A stretch of DNA of 56,646 nucleotides from a virus. A program made the translations under genes and the position numbers. A model generated the notes under the pieces. It was not told the origin of the DNA. It saw nothing but the letters and a program-made list of their open reading frames with translations, and made no database searches. The stretch lies in the IMG/VR virus record IMGVR_UViG_3300045988_125549, positions 1-56,646 of that record. One strand, written 5' to 3'. Below, in pieces: positions 32,008-43,092 of this stretch (positions are counted from its first letter, which is position 1; every line of letters starts with the position of its first letter).

Positions 32008-34854
32008 TTAAGTAAAAGTCATACTGCCTACAATTTGTATTCCACAAGATTCATTATTTACTGCATTTGTAGCACTTGTCATTGTGAGTATAACATTAAC
32101 ACCACTATAACGATTTATTGAGGTTGTCTGACTTTTAATTGTCGCGTTTACATAGGTATCAGCACTCGAACCATATATATAATTTCCTCGTTGTCTAACC
32201 CTAACACCCTCTGATGTTCCAAGTTTAAACTTAAGAGTTGCATTTGTTGCTCCTGCAATGTAGCAAGATACTGGTATAAAAAATGATAATGATACACCTG
32301 AACCTGTAATGTAACCGCTTAGATTATGATTTAATGTGATTGTGTCTCCAATAGTTATATAAGGTTTAAATTTTGAATGTAAATTTGAGGTAGCACTTGG
32401 ATATGTTTCAAAATTTATAGTATCTCCATAAATTGTAGTTTCATTTTGAGCCGTATTTCTTAGTACCCAACGCGAATTTCGTATATCAAGTAGTCCGAAA
32501 TTAGCATTTTCAGATACACCTACAGCACATTGTCTATAATTTTCTAGATTGTCTTGTGCGCCGTTCATCCTATAGTAGGCGTGACCATTGGTATGTGGAC
32601 TACTTGATAGTAAAGGTTCAGTCCCATTAAAATATATGGGTACATTGTGTACAAAAAAGTTGTTTGACGTTACATTTATGGCGTATGTCTTTTCAGATGC
32701 TGAGGCATTGCTCATAATATTTAATCCATAACTATCAATTAATGAATATTGAGTTGACGAACCTGATACTGCGACACCATAGCTCGTCAATGTTGTATTA
32801 TTTTGTACACCTTCATCAGATGTTCCTTTAACAGTAATTTTGCCTGCTAAAAAATCTCCGGTAGTTAAATTAAGTTGTACACCAGACACATTTGTTTCTG
32901 TTTCCTCGAAATTAGGACTTTGAAATACGCCACCAGTTATAGTTCCAGTTGCTTGTATATCTTGTGCAAATACATTATTAACATCAATTTGTTGAGCTTT
33001 CACTGAACCAGTATATATTTTACCGCCATCAATTAATGTTGTGTCATCCTTATAGATATTCTCAACCGATATATCATCCGGATTAGGTGACCAATCTGAC
33101 GGAACATTACCGAATGACATTTTGAATTTACGAACACTGATTGTATGACCGGTGTTATTTGAGTGAGTATACACGGCTACTCCATAATGGTATTCGTTAT
33201 ACGTCCCCCATGAGCCTGACGTCAGTTTATCCAATGTCATAGTATAACTTAATGTACACCATTTATTGTTTTCTCTTGTGCCTGCTAAATATTTCAATGT
33301 GTTACTTGAACCGTCAATATAAGTATTGGTGAATACTGCTCTATACTGGGTCTTAAATCCGTCATTCGACCCATAAACTTCACAAGCCACGAGATAATTT
33401 CGAGGTGTTGTCAACAAATCGTCGGCTTTCGCGTCAATAGTGATGACCACTTGCTTATCAGATTGTGCATTGTCAGTCGCGTCAACATTCGTAATTACTT
33501 GAATTGAATTATACCTGCCATCGCCAGTTCGACTTGCAACTGTAAATCCATCATCATCTGTGGACACCGTCCAATTACCGTTTGTGAATTTACTCTTGCT
33601 GAAATCTTTCGTATTTAACAATAAATTTCGGTCACCTACCGATATAAATGACGCAAGTCCGGTAATATTAACCCGGCTTGAATTAATCTGTATCTGTTCA
33701 GGGCTTGCATTAATTGATGATATTATAGTATTACCATCAACCTTTTTGCCGACTTCAACAGATAAACCGTCAACATTCTTTGTTAAGTTAAGCCATTTAT
33801 TATTGACAATGCTTAGTTCTGTATTTGTATCTGATACAACCTCTGTACGTTCCTCTTTTCCACCACTTGCAATTTCACATTCAAAAGTCTGTATTCCCGA
33901 AAACTTTGTTGAAAATATATAAGATGATATTGATGTTTCTCCTGACGCACTTGTTATATTATATAACTTGCTTAAATCAAGTGTAGGGTCAGATATAATC
34001 ATTGAGCCGGAAAATGGAGTATATGGATGTCCTTGTATCTTATTCAATAATGTTGTGGCGATAGCATTTAATTCTTCTGCCGTTTTATTATAACAGATGA
34101 AATTTCCTTGTAATATGTAGGCATTTGTGCCTGTGCCTGCTATCCCACCTATATCTGTTTCGGAACTTCTAATCTGTACTTTGTCAATCGCTTTTGCTTC
34201 AAATTGTTGAGCCTTAAAACCGCTTGCAATAGTTAAATCAACTGTATCATTTGTCAGATACAATATATCAAATTTTCCTTCCGGTGTCATATAACCAAAA
34301 CCACCACATAGACTACATATCGGCTTAATAACATCTCCGAACGAAAGCGCGTCTGTATTCACTGTTTTAGTAACCTGAACATTCGATTGAGATAAGTTCA
34401 TTGAAGTTGACGCGGAAACTTTCATATTCGTCAGGAGGCTTCGCGTGAACGAATTAAGTGATAAAGGAAATTTTAGAGCATTATACCATTCTGCTACATT
34501 CTTTCCTCTTAATGTGTATAAATCATCATAGATAATAACATTACGGCTATTCTTATCTGACGATATTTCGCTTGAAGCAACTGTACCGGTTATAAGAATT
34601 ACCGTATTATCCCCAATTACTTGATATACCTGTACACGTTTACCAGCTATATCATCTATTCCTTCAATAGTTGCTTTGAATTGGGAAGCCACACAACCTC
34701 CGAATACAAGTTCTCCTTGTGTGTCACATATTGAACGCTCAAGCGATATTGTACCGGAATGGAATCCTGTTTTAATCTCCGGGAGTGTACTGTTTAAAAA
34801 CTTGATACAAGTTTGTCTTGCTACACCATTTTTAATATCATCTGCAAGTGCCAT
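32008..34854 (-). CDS. Tail tip / receptor-binding structural protein (948 aa)
   Basis: Its large size and S/T/N/G-rich beta-type sequence fit this role, and it lies after the tape measure and small tail protein. Confidence 0.55.
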   Translation of the reverse strand: MALADDIKNGVARQTCIKFLNSTLPEIKTGFHSGTISLERSICDTQGELVFGGCVASQFKATIEGIDDIAGKRVQVYQVIGDNTVILITGTVASSEISSDKNSRNVIIYDDLYTLRGKNVAEWYNALKFPLSLNSFTRSLLTNMKVSASTSMNLSQSNVQVTKTVNTDALSFGDVIKPICSLCGGFGYMTPEGKFDILYLTNDTVDLTIASGFKAQQFEAKAIDKVQIRSSETDIGGIAGTGTNAYILQGNFICYNKTAEELNAIATTLLNKIQGHPYTPFSGSMIISDPTLDLSKLYNITSASGETSISSYIFSTKFSGIQTFECEIASGGKEERTEVVSDTNTELSIVNNKWLNLTKNVDGLSVEVGKKVDGNTIISSINASPEQIQINSSRVNITGLASFISVGDRNLLLNTKDFSKSKFTNGNWTVSTDDDGFTVASRTGDGRYNSIQVITNVDATDNAQSDKQVVITIDAKADDLLTTPRNYLVACEVYGSNDGFKTQYRAVFTNTYIDGSSNTLKYLAGTRENNKWCTLSYTMTLDKLTSGSWGTYNEYHYGVAVYTHSNNTGHTISVRKFKMSFGNVPSDWSPNPDDISVENIYKDDTTLIDGGKIYTGSVKAQQIDVNNVFAQDIQATGTITGGVFQSPNFEETETNVSGVQLNLTTGDFLAGKITVKGTSDEGVQNNTTLTSYGVAVSGSSTQYSLIDSYGLNIMSNASASEKTYAINVTSNNFFVHNVPIYFNGTEPLLSSSPHTNGHAYYRMNGAQDNLENYRQCAVGVSENANFGLLDIRNSRWVLRNTAQNETTIYGDTINFETYPSATSNLHSKFKPYITIGDTITLNHNLSGYITGSGVSLSFFIPVSCYIAGATNATLKFKLGTSEGVRVRQRGNYIYGSSADTYVNATIKSQTTSINRYSGVNVILTMTSATNAVNNESCGIQIVGSMTFT

Positions 34855-34867
34855 ATTAAATCCTCCT

Positions 34868-35284
34868 TTAATATTCTACTAATTCTATTGTTATAGGGTC
34901 ATAGTCAATATCTGTATCTGATATTGAGTTTTTCGTGTATGTCATATCAGGTCGGTAGAAGTAACCAGTTGTATATGATAATGTTTCATCATTCCAATAT
35001 TCAAGTTGAATTTTACGTTGTAAATGGTCAACCTCTGCGTCTGTGAAGAATTTTTGAACCTGATATAATGTTGAAATATTGAGCGGAACAGTTGAGAATG
35101 ACCAGTTTGTCTTAGTTCCTTGCGCCGTAATTCTTATTAAATCCCTTGTATAATCATCACGGTCAGCCTTTATTTCCTCACGCACATTCGGGGTTTGCCC
35201 GAATGTGTCGATTTGAATTAATTCATTTGGAAATATAGCACCGGTCTTAACAGCTTTCATTAAATAACCTTTGAATGTTGGCAT
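34868..35284 (-). CDS. Small tail component (distal-tail position)
   Basis: The call is positional only: it lies directly after the tape measure gene. Confidence 0.35.
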   Translation of the reverse strand: MPTFKGYLMKAVKTGAIFPNELIQIDTFGQTPNVREEIKADRDDYTRDLIRITAQGTKTNWSFSTVPLNISTLYQVQKFFTDAEVDHLQRKIQLEYWNDETLSYTTGYFYRPDMTYTKNSISDTDIDYDPITIELVEY

Positions 35285-35296
35285 ATATCCTCCTTA

Positions 35297-38200
35297 CTAT
35301 ACAGCGTCTACACCATATCTGTTCTTATATTCCTGATTTTTACCCAAAAACCAAGAGAATAATTTATTTCCATCAATGCTGAGATTGATAACAGATGGGT
35401 TTCCTGTGTTTGCTGATTTGTCTTGTAATGCTTCAATTAATGCCTGCTTGATTGTATCAAGCGGAGCCTCTACGTTTGTGCCGTGTTTCTGGTCACCCAC
35501 AATCGCCATAAATGGACGATTTGCCGGAAGTACAGAACCTTTTGCAAGCTCAGGTATCTGTGGTGTACTTATTGTCGGTAATCCATTGAATGGATGCTTA
35601 CCTAAAATACTGATACTTCTTATTTTGTCGAGAGCGGCATTAATTCCCTCAAACGGCTTCGATATGACCTTATTAATACCCTTGATAAGCCCATTAATGA
35701 CATTCTTTAATGCGTCTAATATTCCGTCTTTAATTCCACTGAACACTTTTCCGCCTTTACTGAATACATTTTTAACTTTCTGCCAAGCATTGGAAAATGT
35801 ATTTTTGAACCAATCAGGAATTGACTTGAATACATCCTTAATGCCTTGTACAACGTGTCCGAAAAATCCTTTAACTGTATTCCATACAACTTTGATACCA
35901 TTCCAAGCATTCACAAAAGCGTCTTTAATTTTTGTTGCAACTCCTTTGACAATAGTGAGTATATTCTTGATTGGCAATGTGACTATTGACGCAAGGTTAT
36001 GGAAAATATTGGAGAAAATGTTTTTCACATTTTGCCAAGCACCTTTCCAATTTCCGCTAAATACATTCTTAACAAATTGTATAATATTTTTCAAGTTGCT
36101 AATAATATTCTTTATTACATCAATAATTACACCGAGTATATTCCTAATAATCTTAACAAGTGTCTGGATAATTGAACTTACAATCGGGTATACATAAGTC
36201 ACAAACCACTTAACAATAGGAGCAAGATATTTATTGTAAACATCTTCAACGGTCGTTGCTACTTCCCCCACTAATGCAAGAAATTCATCAACCAATGGGC
36301 TTAAATGATTTTCCCACAAATCTGTGACTGCTTCAATTATAGTTTGAACTATCGGACCGAGATAGTTATCCCAAACAAGCATTACAATCTCACCAATATT
36401 TTGAATTGCTTCTTGTATTCCTGCAAATATAGGCTCTCCGTATTTTTGCCAAAATTCATTAAGGCTTTCCATTAAGTCTACATATACAGTTTTTACAAGG
36501 CGTAATATCGGCACAACTCCGTCTCTCCATACTTTTTGAAAAATCGGGAGTACGGTGTCAAAAGCTGAACGCATTGTATCAACCATCTTAGATTTAAAGT
36601 CAGTCATCATAGGTAGTCCAACTTCAATAAATTCCTGCAACATAGGATATGCGGCTTCATTCCATATATCGCTAAAGCAATCTGCAAAAGTATTAAGCAA
36701 ATCATTCATTATATGTCCTGCTGTGCCTGCAAAATTGCTTAAAAATGGCAGAAAACTATTGTTGAAATAATCCTCTAATGGCGCGCCCAATGCGGCAATG
36801 TCCGAAAATACATCAGAGAAAACCTCTTTTAAGTGTGCGAAAGTATCGCTAAATTGTCCGAAAAACTCAGTCAGTTTGCTTAATTTTGAACCGGTTGCAG
36901 AAACATCTTCATCAGGTATCAGACTTCCACCATCAGCACCTATTCCAGCTCCGGCTCCAGTTGCACTTGCTGTACTTGATGTGTCCTTAGATGTGATTAC
37001 ATTAAGTTTATCATAAGCACCCAAGGCGTCATTCTGTTTTTTCTGTGCCTCGGTCAATCCGGTTGTTGCGTCTGTGAGTTCATCTGTCGCAACTGTTACA
37101 TCCGCAATTCCGGCAGAAGCCGAACTTGTCTGAGCTTTAATGCCTAACAAATCATTAAGGGATTGTGCCGCTTGTATTAAATAAGTGACAAATTTATTTA
37201 ATAATTCCAAGCCCGGTTTAAGAATTTGCACAAGGGTATTTCCGACAAGTGTCATAAACTGTTTCCAGCGTTCATGCAATATCTTTGTCTGGTTCGCCCA
37301 GCTATCTTGTGTACGAACGAAATCTCCTGCGGCAAGATTAGTTTTATCAAGGAAAAATGCTTGTCGTACTTCAACCTTTTCCGCTGATGACATATTCTTA
37401 TACAGTTTATCATACCCATTTGCTAAAGCATATGCGGATAATTCAGTTTCAGTCATTATAATGCCGACACGTTTGAGCGGTTCACTTTCTCCTGAATACA
37501 CTGCACGACCTATCGTATTTGCTTCATCAATTTGCAAATTATAATATGAAGCCAAATCTGCCACACGTCCAGTCATTTCAATAGCACTATCCGTAGCACT
37601 ATCAAGTGATTGTCCAAGCCCTCTACCCATTGACGCATAAACTGAACCCATTCTTTTTGCAGTTAGTTCCGAAATACCAAAATTGTCAATGGCGGATTTG
37701 GAAAACTCCTCCATTTTATTCGTCATACTGCCAAAAGCTGTGTCAACTACGTTCTGTGTTTCCGTCAAATCTGAGGATAATTGAAGAGCTTGTTTGCCAA
37801 AATCCACAAGAGCTTTCACGGAAAACGCGGCAACCAACATACCACCAAGTTTCTTTGCAACTGACTTCAATCCACCAACTGCGGAAGATGTCTGTTTGGT
37901 GCTATTACTTATTTGTTTCATAGCCTTAGAACCGGTGTCACCAAGTTCTTTAAACTCTTTGGATGTTGACTTGACTTTTGCTTTTTCCTTGTCAACTTCC
38001 TTTAGGGATTTTTGGAACTCTTTAGGAATTTGAGCTATATCATCTTTTGGGACTTCAATTTCAAAATTATCATATACTGTTGTTCCAGTTGGGCTGTTAA
38101 GGGTTGCTTGAATATCCTTCTGAAATCCGGTTGCAACTGTTGATACTTCATCAGCTGACGGCGGGTCAATATCAAGGGTAGCAGTCATATCAGGAATATC

Positions 38201-38440
38201 AAAAGTTGTTGTTGAAATTTCTTTAGCACTTTGCTTTACCTTAGATGTAGTCTTATCAAGTGCCTTATCAACATTAGATACAATACCAAGTGTCATACTA
38301 CTTATCTGACTTGATATAGACTTAACAACTCCGATTAATTCCTTAAAGCACTTTTGCATTGCTTTATTTAGTTCTTGTACGTCATTGATTGCGCCTTGTT
38401 CATTTAACGTAGTGTCTATTACAACTTTTCCGTCTGCCAC
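35297..38440 (-). CDS. Tail tape measure protein
   Basis: 1047 aa, helical and repetitive, with a hydrophobic central segment and repeated W/F-x motifs in the C-terminal half. It lies after the chaperone pair. Confidence 0.85.
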   Translation of the reverse strand: MADGKVVIDTTLNEQGAINDVQELNKAMQKCFKELIGVVKSISSQISSMTLGIVSNVDKALDKTTSKVKQSAKEISTTTFDIPDMTATLDIDPPSADEVSTVATGFQKDIQATLNSPTGTTVYDNFEIEVPKDDIAQIPKEFQKSLKEVDKEKAKVKSTSKEFKELGDTGSKAMKQISNSTKQTSSAVGGLKSVAKKLGGMLVAAFSVKALVDFGKQALQLSSDLTETQNVVDTAFGSMTNKMEEFSKSAIDNFGISELTAKRMGSVYASMGRGLGQSLDSATDSAIEMTGRVADLASYYNLQIDEANTIGRAVYSGESEPLKRVGIIMTETELSAYALANGYDKLYKNMSSAEKVEVRQAFFLDKTNLAAGDFVRTQDSWANQTKILHERWKQFMTLVGNTLVQILKPGLELLNKFVTYLIQAAQSLNDLLGIKAQTSSASAGIADVTVATDELTDATTGLTEAQKKQNDALGAYDKLNVITSKDTSSTASATGAGAGIGADGGSLIPDEDVSATGSKLSKLTEFFGQFSDTFAHLKEVFSDVFSDIAALGAPLEDYFNNSFLPFLSNFAGTAGHIMNDLLNTFADCFSDIWNEAAYPMLQEFIEVGLPMMTDFKSKMVDTMRSAFDTVLPIFQKVWRDGVVPILRLVKTVYVDLMESLNEFWQKYGEPIFAGIQEAIQNIGEIVMLVWDNYLGPIVQTIIEAVTDLWENHLSPLVDEFLALVGEVATTVEDVYNKYLAPIVKWFVTYVYPIVSSIIQTLVKIIRNILGVIIDVIKNIISNLKNIIQFVKNVFSGNWKGAWQNVKNIFSNIFHNLASIVTLPIKNILTIVKGVATKIKDAFVNAWNGIKVVWNTVKGFFGHVVQGIKDVFKSIPDWFKNTFSNAWQKVKNVFSKGGKVFSGIKDGILDALKNVINGLIKGINKVISKPFEGINAALDKIRSISILGKHPFNGLPTISTPQIPELAKGSVLPANRPFMAIVGDQKHGTNVEAPLDTIKQALIEALQDKSANTGNPSVINLSIDGNKLFSWFLGKNQEYKNRYGVDAV

Positions 38441-38453
38441 AATTTACTCCTTC

Positions 38454-39020
38454 CTAGCCGAATAAATCTTGAAGAGCCTTTTTATCTGCCTCACTCCGTT
38501 CTTTATGATAATAAGTCATATCAATAAGTTCCTTGTTGTTCCGATAAAATTCTTGTTCGTACTTCTCCAATTTTTTATGTCGAGCTTTTTTATTTCTTAT
38601 ATTAACGACACTTGCGAACATTCCATCACCTATTTCATTAAATAGTGCCACGAATGTCCACCAGTGCATATATTTATCAGCTCTGATTTCTCTTCCTGCA
38701 ACTTTATTAATTGCCGAGAAAATCATTTGTTCATCTTTGCTCCAATCATATAATGTGGGCTGAGATGTATTATTTTGATTTTTGTTTAAGTCCTCATATA
38801 GATTGCAGTCGAGGAAGCGCACGGCTTGTAAATACGCCTCCTCAACATAATCAGAAGGAGGGTTTATATAGATAATTTGCACGGTTATCAACATTCTTTC
38901 CCAATCCGAAAGTTCATTGTCCTTAAATGCTGATAACACTAACAAACAATCTCGATAATCAGTTCGTATATCATAGAGTTCATTATTGACTTGTAATTGC
39001 GTAGGTAATTGTCCTATCAT
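38454..39020 (-). CDS. Tail assembly chaperone-position protein (Gp15-like)
   Basis: Lies between the tail tube and tape measure genes. GAGGT RBS. Confidence 0.45.
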   Translation of the reverse strand: MIGQLPTQLQVNNELYDIRTDYRDCLLVLSAFKDNELSDWERMLITVQIIYINPPSDYVEEAYLQAVRFLDCNLYEDLNKNQNNTSQPTLYDWSKDEQMIFSAINKVAGREIRADKYMHWWTFVALFNEIGDGMFASVVNIRNKKARHKKLEKYEQEFYRNNKELIDMTYYHKERSEADKKALQDLFG

Positions 39021-39034
39021 AGCCAGTTACCTCA

Positions 39035-39472
39035 TTATTTATCAATGACTTGTGATGTATACTTCTCAATACGTTTTGAAGATTTTTCTGCCTCAGTTTT
39101 AAATTCCTTGCGGATAACCGGCATAATTGCGTTCATAAATCTTTCAACGAATGTTACACCTCCACTTGTGTTAAGGCAATTCTGATTACCAAATACAACA
39201 TCACACAAGTGAGGGTCATCAAACAAAATGTTTAATTCTGTTTTAATTTCTGTATCAAATATGGAAAGTTGCTTTAAAACATCAACCTCCGACATAGTAT
39301 CAGGCAATTTAGATATATCATCAAGTTTATCCTGAATTGATTTACCCATTGCCTGCGCACGTTCAAAAAAGTTGATGTCCTTAGGATTTATAGTTATCTG
39401 TCCTCTTACAACTCCCTCTGAATTTTCAATGTCATATGTTTTTAAGCCGTTGTCAATTTTAATACTAGCCAT
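39035..39472 (-). CDS. Tail assembly chaperone-position protein
   Basis: Acidic 145-aa protein directly after the tail tube gene. Confidence 0.45.
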   Translation of the reverse strand: MASIKIDNGLKTYDIENSEGVVRGQITINPKDINFFERAQAMGKSIQDKLDDISKLPDTMSEVDVLKQLSIFDTEIKTELNILFDDPHLCDVVFGNQNCLNTSGGVTFVERFMNAIMPVIRKEFKTEAEKSSKRIEKYTSQVIDK

Positions 39473-39493
39473 TTTTTAAATCCTCCTTTAATT

Positions 39494-39529
39494 CAAAAAA
39501 TAAGGGATGTATTATTAAGTACATCCCTA
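39494..39529 (-). terminator. Rho-independent terminator/attenuator after the tail tube gene
   Basis: A 9-bp stem agggatgta/tacatccct is followed by a T-run on the minus strand. Confidence 0.65.
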
Positions 39530-39542
39530 TCCATAATACTTA

Positions 39543-40049
39543 TTACACTCCGGTAACGTCTCCAGTACCTTCTGTGAATGTCGGTGTGCCGGATGTGATT
39601 GTAACTGTTCCAGCTTTTCTGTTTCCGTCGAAAGTAACATCAAACGGAATAGCAAATCCGGAAGTGTCACCGCCGTATGACTGCGGCTTTACTACTACAT
39701 CCTCCGTCCATGCACTATGCTTAGTTGCGGATGTGTCCTCAACAATAACTTCAAGAATTTTTGTACGGCAACTATCACCTTTGAGGCGGTTCATTGCAAT
39801 ATCTTTAAGTTTTGCATAAATGCTGTCATCTGGATTTGCATAATAAGGGTCAGCGGACATACTAGGTTCATATCCGTTATCCTTTACAGAGGTTTCTCCA
39901 AGAATGTTCTTAACTGTTTCGGTATCGGGATTGAGTTCTACACTCATTTCCTCAATATCTTTACCGATTAAGAACCACTTTGGAGAACCTACATCTCCGA
40001 ATGAAGCGTCAATGTAGTGCATTAACGCGGGTCTTTCAAGTTTTGGCAT
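39543..40049 (-). CDS. Major tail (tube) protein
   Basis: The start was moved to MPKLERPALMHY (AAGGAG RBS). The position, size (168 aa) and following terminator are typical of siphovirus tube genes. Confidence 0.6.
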   Translation of the reverse strand: MPKLERPALMHYIDASFGDVGSPKWFLIGKDIEEMSVELNPDTETVKNILGETSVKDNGYEPSMSADPYYANPDDSIYAKLKDIAMNRLKGDSCRTKILEVIVEDTSATKHSAWTEDVVVKPQSYGGDTSGFAIPFDVTFDGNRKAGTVTITSGTPTFTEGTGDVTGV

Positions 40050-40488
40050 TGTTATTCTCCTTTCTTTCTTCAACGTATTTAATACGCGCTTGAAATTCAT
40101 ACTTTGCAAGTGAATTAGTTTCGTTTATAAAAATATCGGGTACATTATTAAGTACCTCAATTTTTTCTATTGCATTATTCTTTCCGAAATCCGGATAATT
40201 ATCAGATGTAATGTTATCAAGCCAATCTGAGAAATTAAGAACCTCGTCCATTGCGTCCAAGTTAGTATTACTTGTTCCGGTATTATCATATACACTTATC
40301 ATATCAATACCGAATGTGATTTCCTTGTGCTTTCGTCCGAGTATATCTTTACTGATTACACGTTCTCCGGTTACACTGTTTAAAGCTACTGTGCCTTGCG
40401 TAACTGGGGTTGCGTTGAAGTAAATCCAATCATTGAGAGGTTTATATTTATCTATAAGCCATTTATTAATTTGTCTGTATAAATTCAT
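40036..40488 (-). CDS. Tail completion / head-tail joining protein (positional)
   Basis: Gene order between the capsid and tube genes. Confidence 0.4.
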   Translation of the reverse strand: MNLYRQINKWLIDKYKPLNDWIYFNATPVTQGTVALNSVTGERVISKDILGRKHKEITFGIDMISVYDNTGTSNTNLDAMDEVLNFSDWLDNITSDNYPDFGKNNAIEKIEVLNNVPDIFINETNSLAKYEFQARIKYVEERKENNNAKT

Positions 40489-40490
40489 CT

Positions 40491-40937
40491 TTACCTCTCC
40501 TTTGCAATGTAATCTGTAATAATATTCGCAACTTTATCTTTAAATTCATTATATGCTGGTACTTCCCAATGTGATGTGGCATTTGGATTAAATTCTTTAC
40601 TATAATTCAATGGAACATTTGTAGGAATTTTAGTTACACCCGGTCGGCTCCACCAACCATATCCCGGAGTATAAAAACCTCCTACATGATACACTGGGTC
40701 AACGTATTTCAAGCCTACCCATTGATAATGGGCATATCGGGATTCATAAATGACTTGAAATGGTACTACGCTCACATTTGAGCCAAGTGTTCCAGTTTCC
40801 ATTGGAGTATATTTTGTAAACAATTTACTCCAAGTGAGCGCAAGAAATTTACCCAATTCTCTGTCAGATGATATGTTCTTAATCTTGTTGGCAACACCGT
40901 CAAGATTAATATTAATTGTTGTATTTGAATTACTCAT
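40491..40937 (-). CDS. Head-tail joining protein (HK97 gp10-like position)
   Basis: Gene order, with a 4-nt overlap with the upstream gene. Confidence 0.4.
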   Translation of the reverse strand: MSNSNTTININLDGVANKIKNISSDRELGKFLALTWSKLFTKYTPMETGTLGSNVSVVPFQVIYESRYAHYQWVGLKYVDPVYHVGGFYTPGYGWWSRPGVTKIPTNVPLNYSKEFNPNATSHWEVPAYNEFKDKVANIITDYIAKER

Positions 40938-41353
40938 ATACCAGTCACCTTCAATCGTACAGTTGCCCCGAATCGTTGTTGTACCTCTACAATACTACGA
41001 ACCTCACATACATTTGGAATATGCTGATTTTTAAGTACCATAATATTTGATGGAAGTATATTTTCTGATATTTGCGTATCAAGGAAAATATAATCACCCG
41101 GAGATAATGTATAGTAATTCTCTTTATCTTCAAGTGTTTTCCAATCATTATATGGTTTATACTTATCGTCAAAAGGAATTAGTATTGTAAATACTTCTCC
41201 TATACTAACTTGCGTACCATTGACAGATGTTACACGTTCTTTGAAAAACTGTATATTTTGTAATACCGTTTTATACCAAACATCTAACTTTGTCACACTA
41301 TCATTTCTTGAAAGTCTGTTGGCAATAGTAATTATTTTCGCTTCCATTGCCAC
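40934..41353 (-). CDS. Head closure / head-tail adaptor (positional)
   Basis: Gene order. Confidence 0.4.
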   Translation of the reverse strand: MAMEAKIITIANRLSRNDSVTKLDVWYKTVLQNIQFFKERVTSVNGTQVSIGEVFTILIPFDDKYKPYNDWKTLEDKENYYTLSPGDYIFLDTQISENILPSNIMVLKNQHIPNVCEVRSIVEVQQRFGATVRLKVTGI

Positions 41354-41736
41354 CTCCCGCGATACACAAGTTCAGGGTACATCCACAAATATTCTTTGAC
41401 TAAAGAATTTATTTGTAAATCAACATCAGATATTATAGAACCATTGCCTGTCGTTGTTCCTGACTTATATCCGAAACTCTCAATACCGTTACTATAACTT
41501 GATAAATTTGATGGCGCGTCAATAGTATTAGGCTTTTCCCAAAATGATATATTAAGTCTAAAACATAACTGTTTTACTTCCTCAGGTACTTCATCCAACT
41601 TCTTAATGCGTCCATTTGTTAGAAAATCAAGTCTATTTTCAACTTGAAATTCATTAATATTAAAAGTGGGCTGGTCTTGTTTTCCACCCATTTCTAAATA
41701 TTCTTCATAGGTTAAATACAATTCGCCCACCTCCAT
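41332..41736 (-). CDS. Head-tail connector protein (positional)
   Basis: Gene order; first sizeable gene after the capsid gene. Confidence 0.4.
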   Translation of the reverse strand: MEVGELYLTYEEYLEMGGKQDQPTFNINEFQVENRLDFLTNGRIKKLDEVPEEVKQLCFRLNISFWEKPNTIDAPSNLSSYSNGIESFGYKSGTTTGNGSIISDVDLQINSLVKEYLWMYPELVYRGRWQWKRK

Positions 41737-41918
41737 TACTCTGATTTCTTGCGTACTTGACGCTGTTTTGGCTTATTATCTTCTGTGTTAGTTTGTGTGT
41801 GTATCTCAGCTGACTTTGGAGTGTCATTGTACTCAACAGCACCATTATTCTTGTACTGTTGAGCAATGACCATATTGTCAGTTGTTAAGATTACACCTGT
41901 TGAAAGCATTAATCTCAT
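41736..41918 (-). CDS. Hypothetical small protein (60 aa)
   Basis: ORF-track entry between the capsid and connector genes. Confidence 0.4.
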   Translation of the reverse strand: MRLMLSTGVILTTDNMVIAQQYKNNGAVEYNDTPKSAEIHTQTNTEDNKPKQRQVRKKSE

Positions 41919-41938
41919 TCAACTTACCTCCGAAATTA

Positions 41939-43054
41939 TTAGGTTGCAGATGTTACAACTGTCTTTCCGGCTCTTACAACCTCATTACTTGTATTAAGTT
42001 CAACAACAACAATTTCATTGTTTGTCGTTGCTGTAATCTCTTCTGCACCATCCCAAGTTGTGTAACCGGTTACGGCTTTACCAATCTGCGGAATGTCCAC
42101 CGTTTCAGCTGTCTTATAGGAATAAGAATTACCTGAAGCCTTTGCCGGTGCAACTGTGAGTTTAGTTTTACCAGAGGTCGAACCTTTCTCAGACTTAACT
42201 GTTAAAACTCCATCCGGTGCATAGTAAAGAATTGTTTCCGGTGTAACTGAGTGTGTTCCATAATAGAAGAACAACTCAATAGCATAAGCCTCAGAAAGTG
42301 GAATTTTCTCGGCTGAGTATGGTGTACTCTTAACTGGCTGTGCAACCGAACCATTAAGCTGTACAATGAATGATACACCCTTTGGAAGTCTTGTTGAACT
42401 TTCAATAGGTACACCATGATATGTCTGGAAATCTCCAGCGGCGGTATCTACATTTGGATTATTTGTCTTTTCATCAAGATAAATTCTAATTTTGCTATAA
42501 AACTGCGGTGAAGTCTGAATTGAAAGTAAATCTCTAGGAATACCATCAATATAATCATTCTTGAGAGTTTCGAGTGTTACAATAGCCTCCTCAAGAATTT
42601 CGGAAACGCTCGTTGCACTTGCGGAAGGTGTGAACTGAGTACCAGCTGATACACATTCCTTGAAGAATGCCTCGTCAAGTTCTGCCGCAAATCTTAAAGC
42701 ATGATTGGCTGAGCGTTTTGCAACAAGTCCATCAACACCCAAGAGTGAAATATCTTTCTGCTCTATTTCCTCGACAAACTCTCTGTCCGTGTCAATCGGG
42801 ATTGTAACTGTATCTCCCTTGACTGCCTGACCCTTGCCAGCTGTTCTTGCTGTGCCATATGCTTTAGAGCTTGCATTTGCAAATCTCTTCGCCTCCACTG
42901 TACCTGCATCCGGGTCACCTGAGAGGTCAGTGTTCTTAATTCTGCCTGAAATTGTCATTTTCTGAACATTCTCGATAACACCGTCATATGCTTCTGCTAA
43001 AAGCATCTTACCGGTTTCATCTAACAAAACATTCAGGGATTCAATTCTTGCCAT
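41939..43054 (-). CDS. Major capsid protein with a C-terminal Ig-like extension
   Basis: 371 aa, immediately after the scaffold gene. The C-terminal roughly 90 aa (LTVKSEKGSTSGKTKLTVAP...VVVELNTSNEVV) look like a Big_2-type Ig domain. Confidence 0.7.
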   Translation of the reverse strand: MARIESLNVLLDETGKMLLAEAYDGVIENVQKMTISGRIKNTDLSGDPDAGTVEAKRFANASSKAYGTARTAGKGQAVKGDTVTIPIDTDREFVEEIEQKDISLLGVDGLVAKRSANHALRFAAELDEAFFKECVSAGTQFTPSASATSVSEILEEAIVTLETLKNDYIDGIPRDLLSIQTSPQFYSKIRIYLDEKTNNPNVDTAAGDFQTYHGVPIESSTRLPKGVSFIVQLNGSVAQPVKSTPYSAEKIPLSEAYAIELFFYYGTHSVTPETILYYAPDGVLTVKSEKGSTSGKTKLTVAPAKASGNSYSYKTAETVDIPQIGKAVTGYTTWDGAEEITATTNNEIVVVELNTSNEVVRAGKTVVTSAT

Positions 43055-43092
43055 ACTAATTTCTCCTTTTCTTTTTTAAAATTTTTGTTATA

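Noticed and set aside
35376-36197. 273-aa plus-strand ORF (and several shorter ones between 36555 and 38033) inside the tape measure gene
   Set aside because: These ORFs are antisense shadows of a long, compositionally biased minus-strand gene. They have no RBS, their sequence is low-complexity and hydrophobic, and every neighbouring real gene is on the minus strand.
38454-39472. Expected -1 frameshift between the two tail chaperone genes
   Set aside because: The second ORF has its own RBS and ATG 14 nt after the first stop. I could not find a slippery heptamer with an overlapping extended frame.
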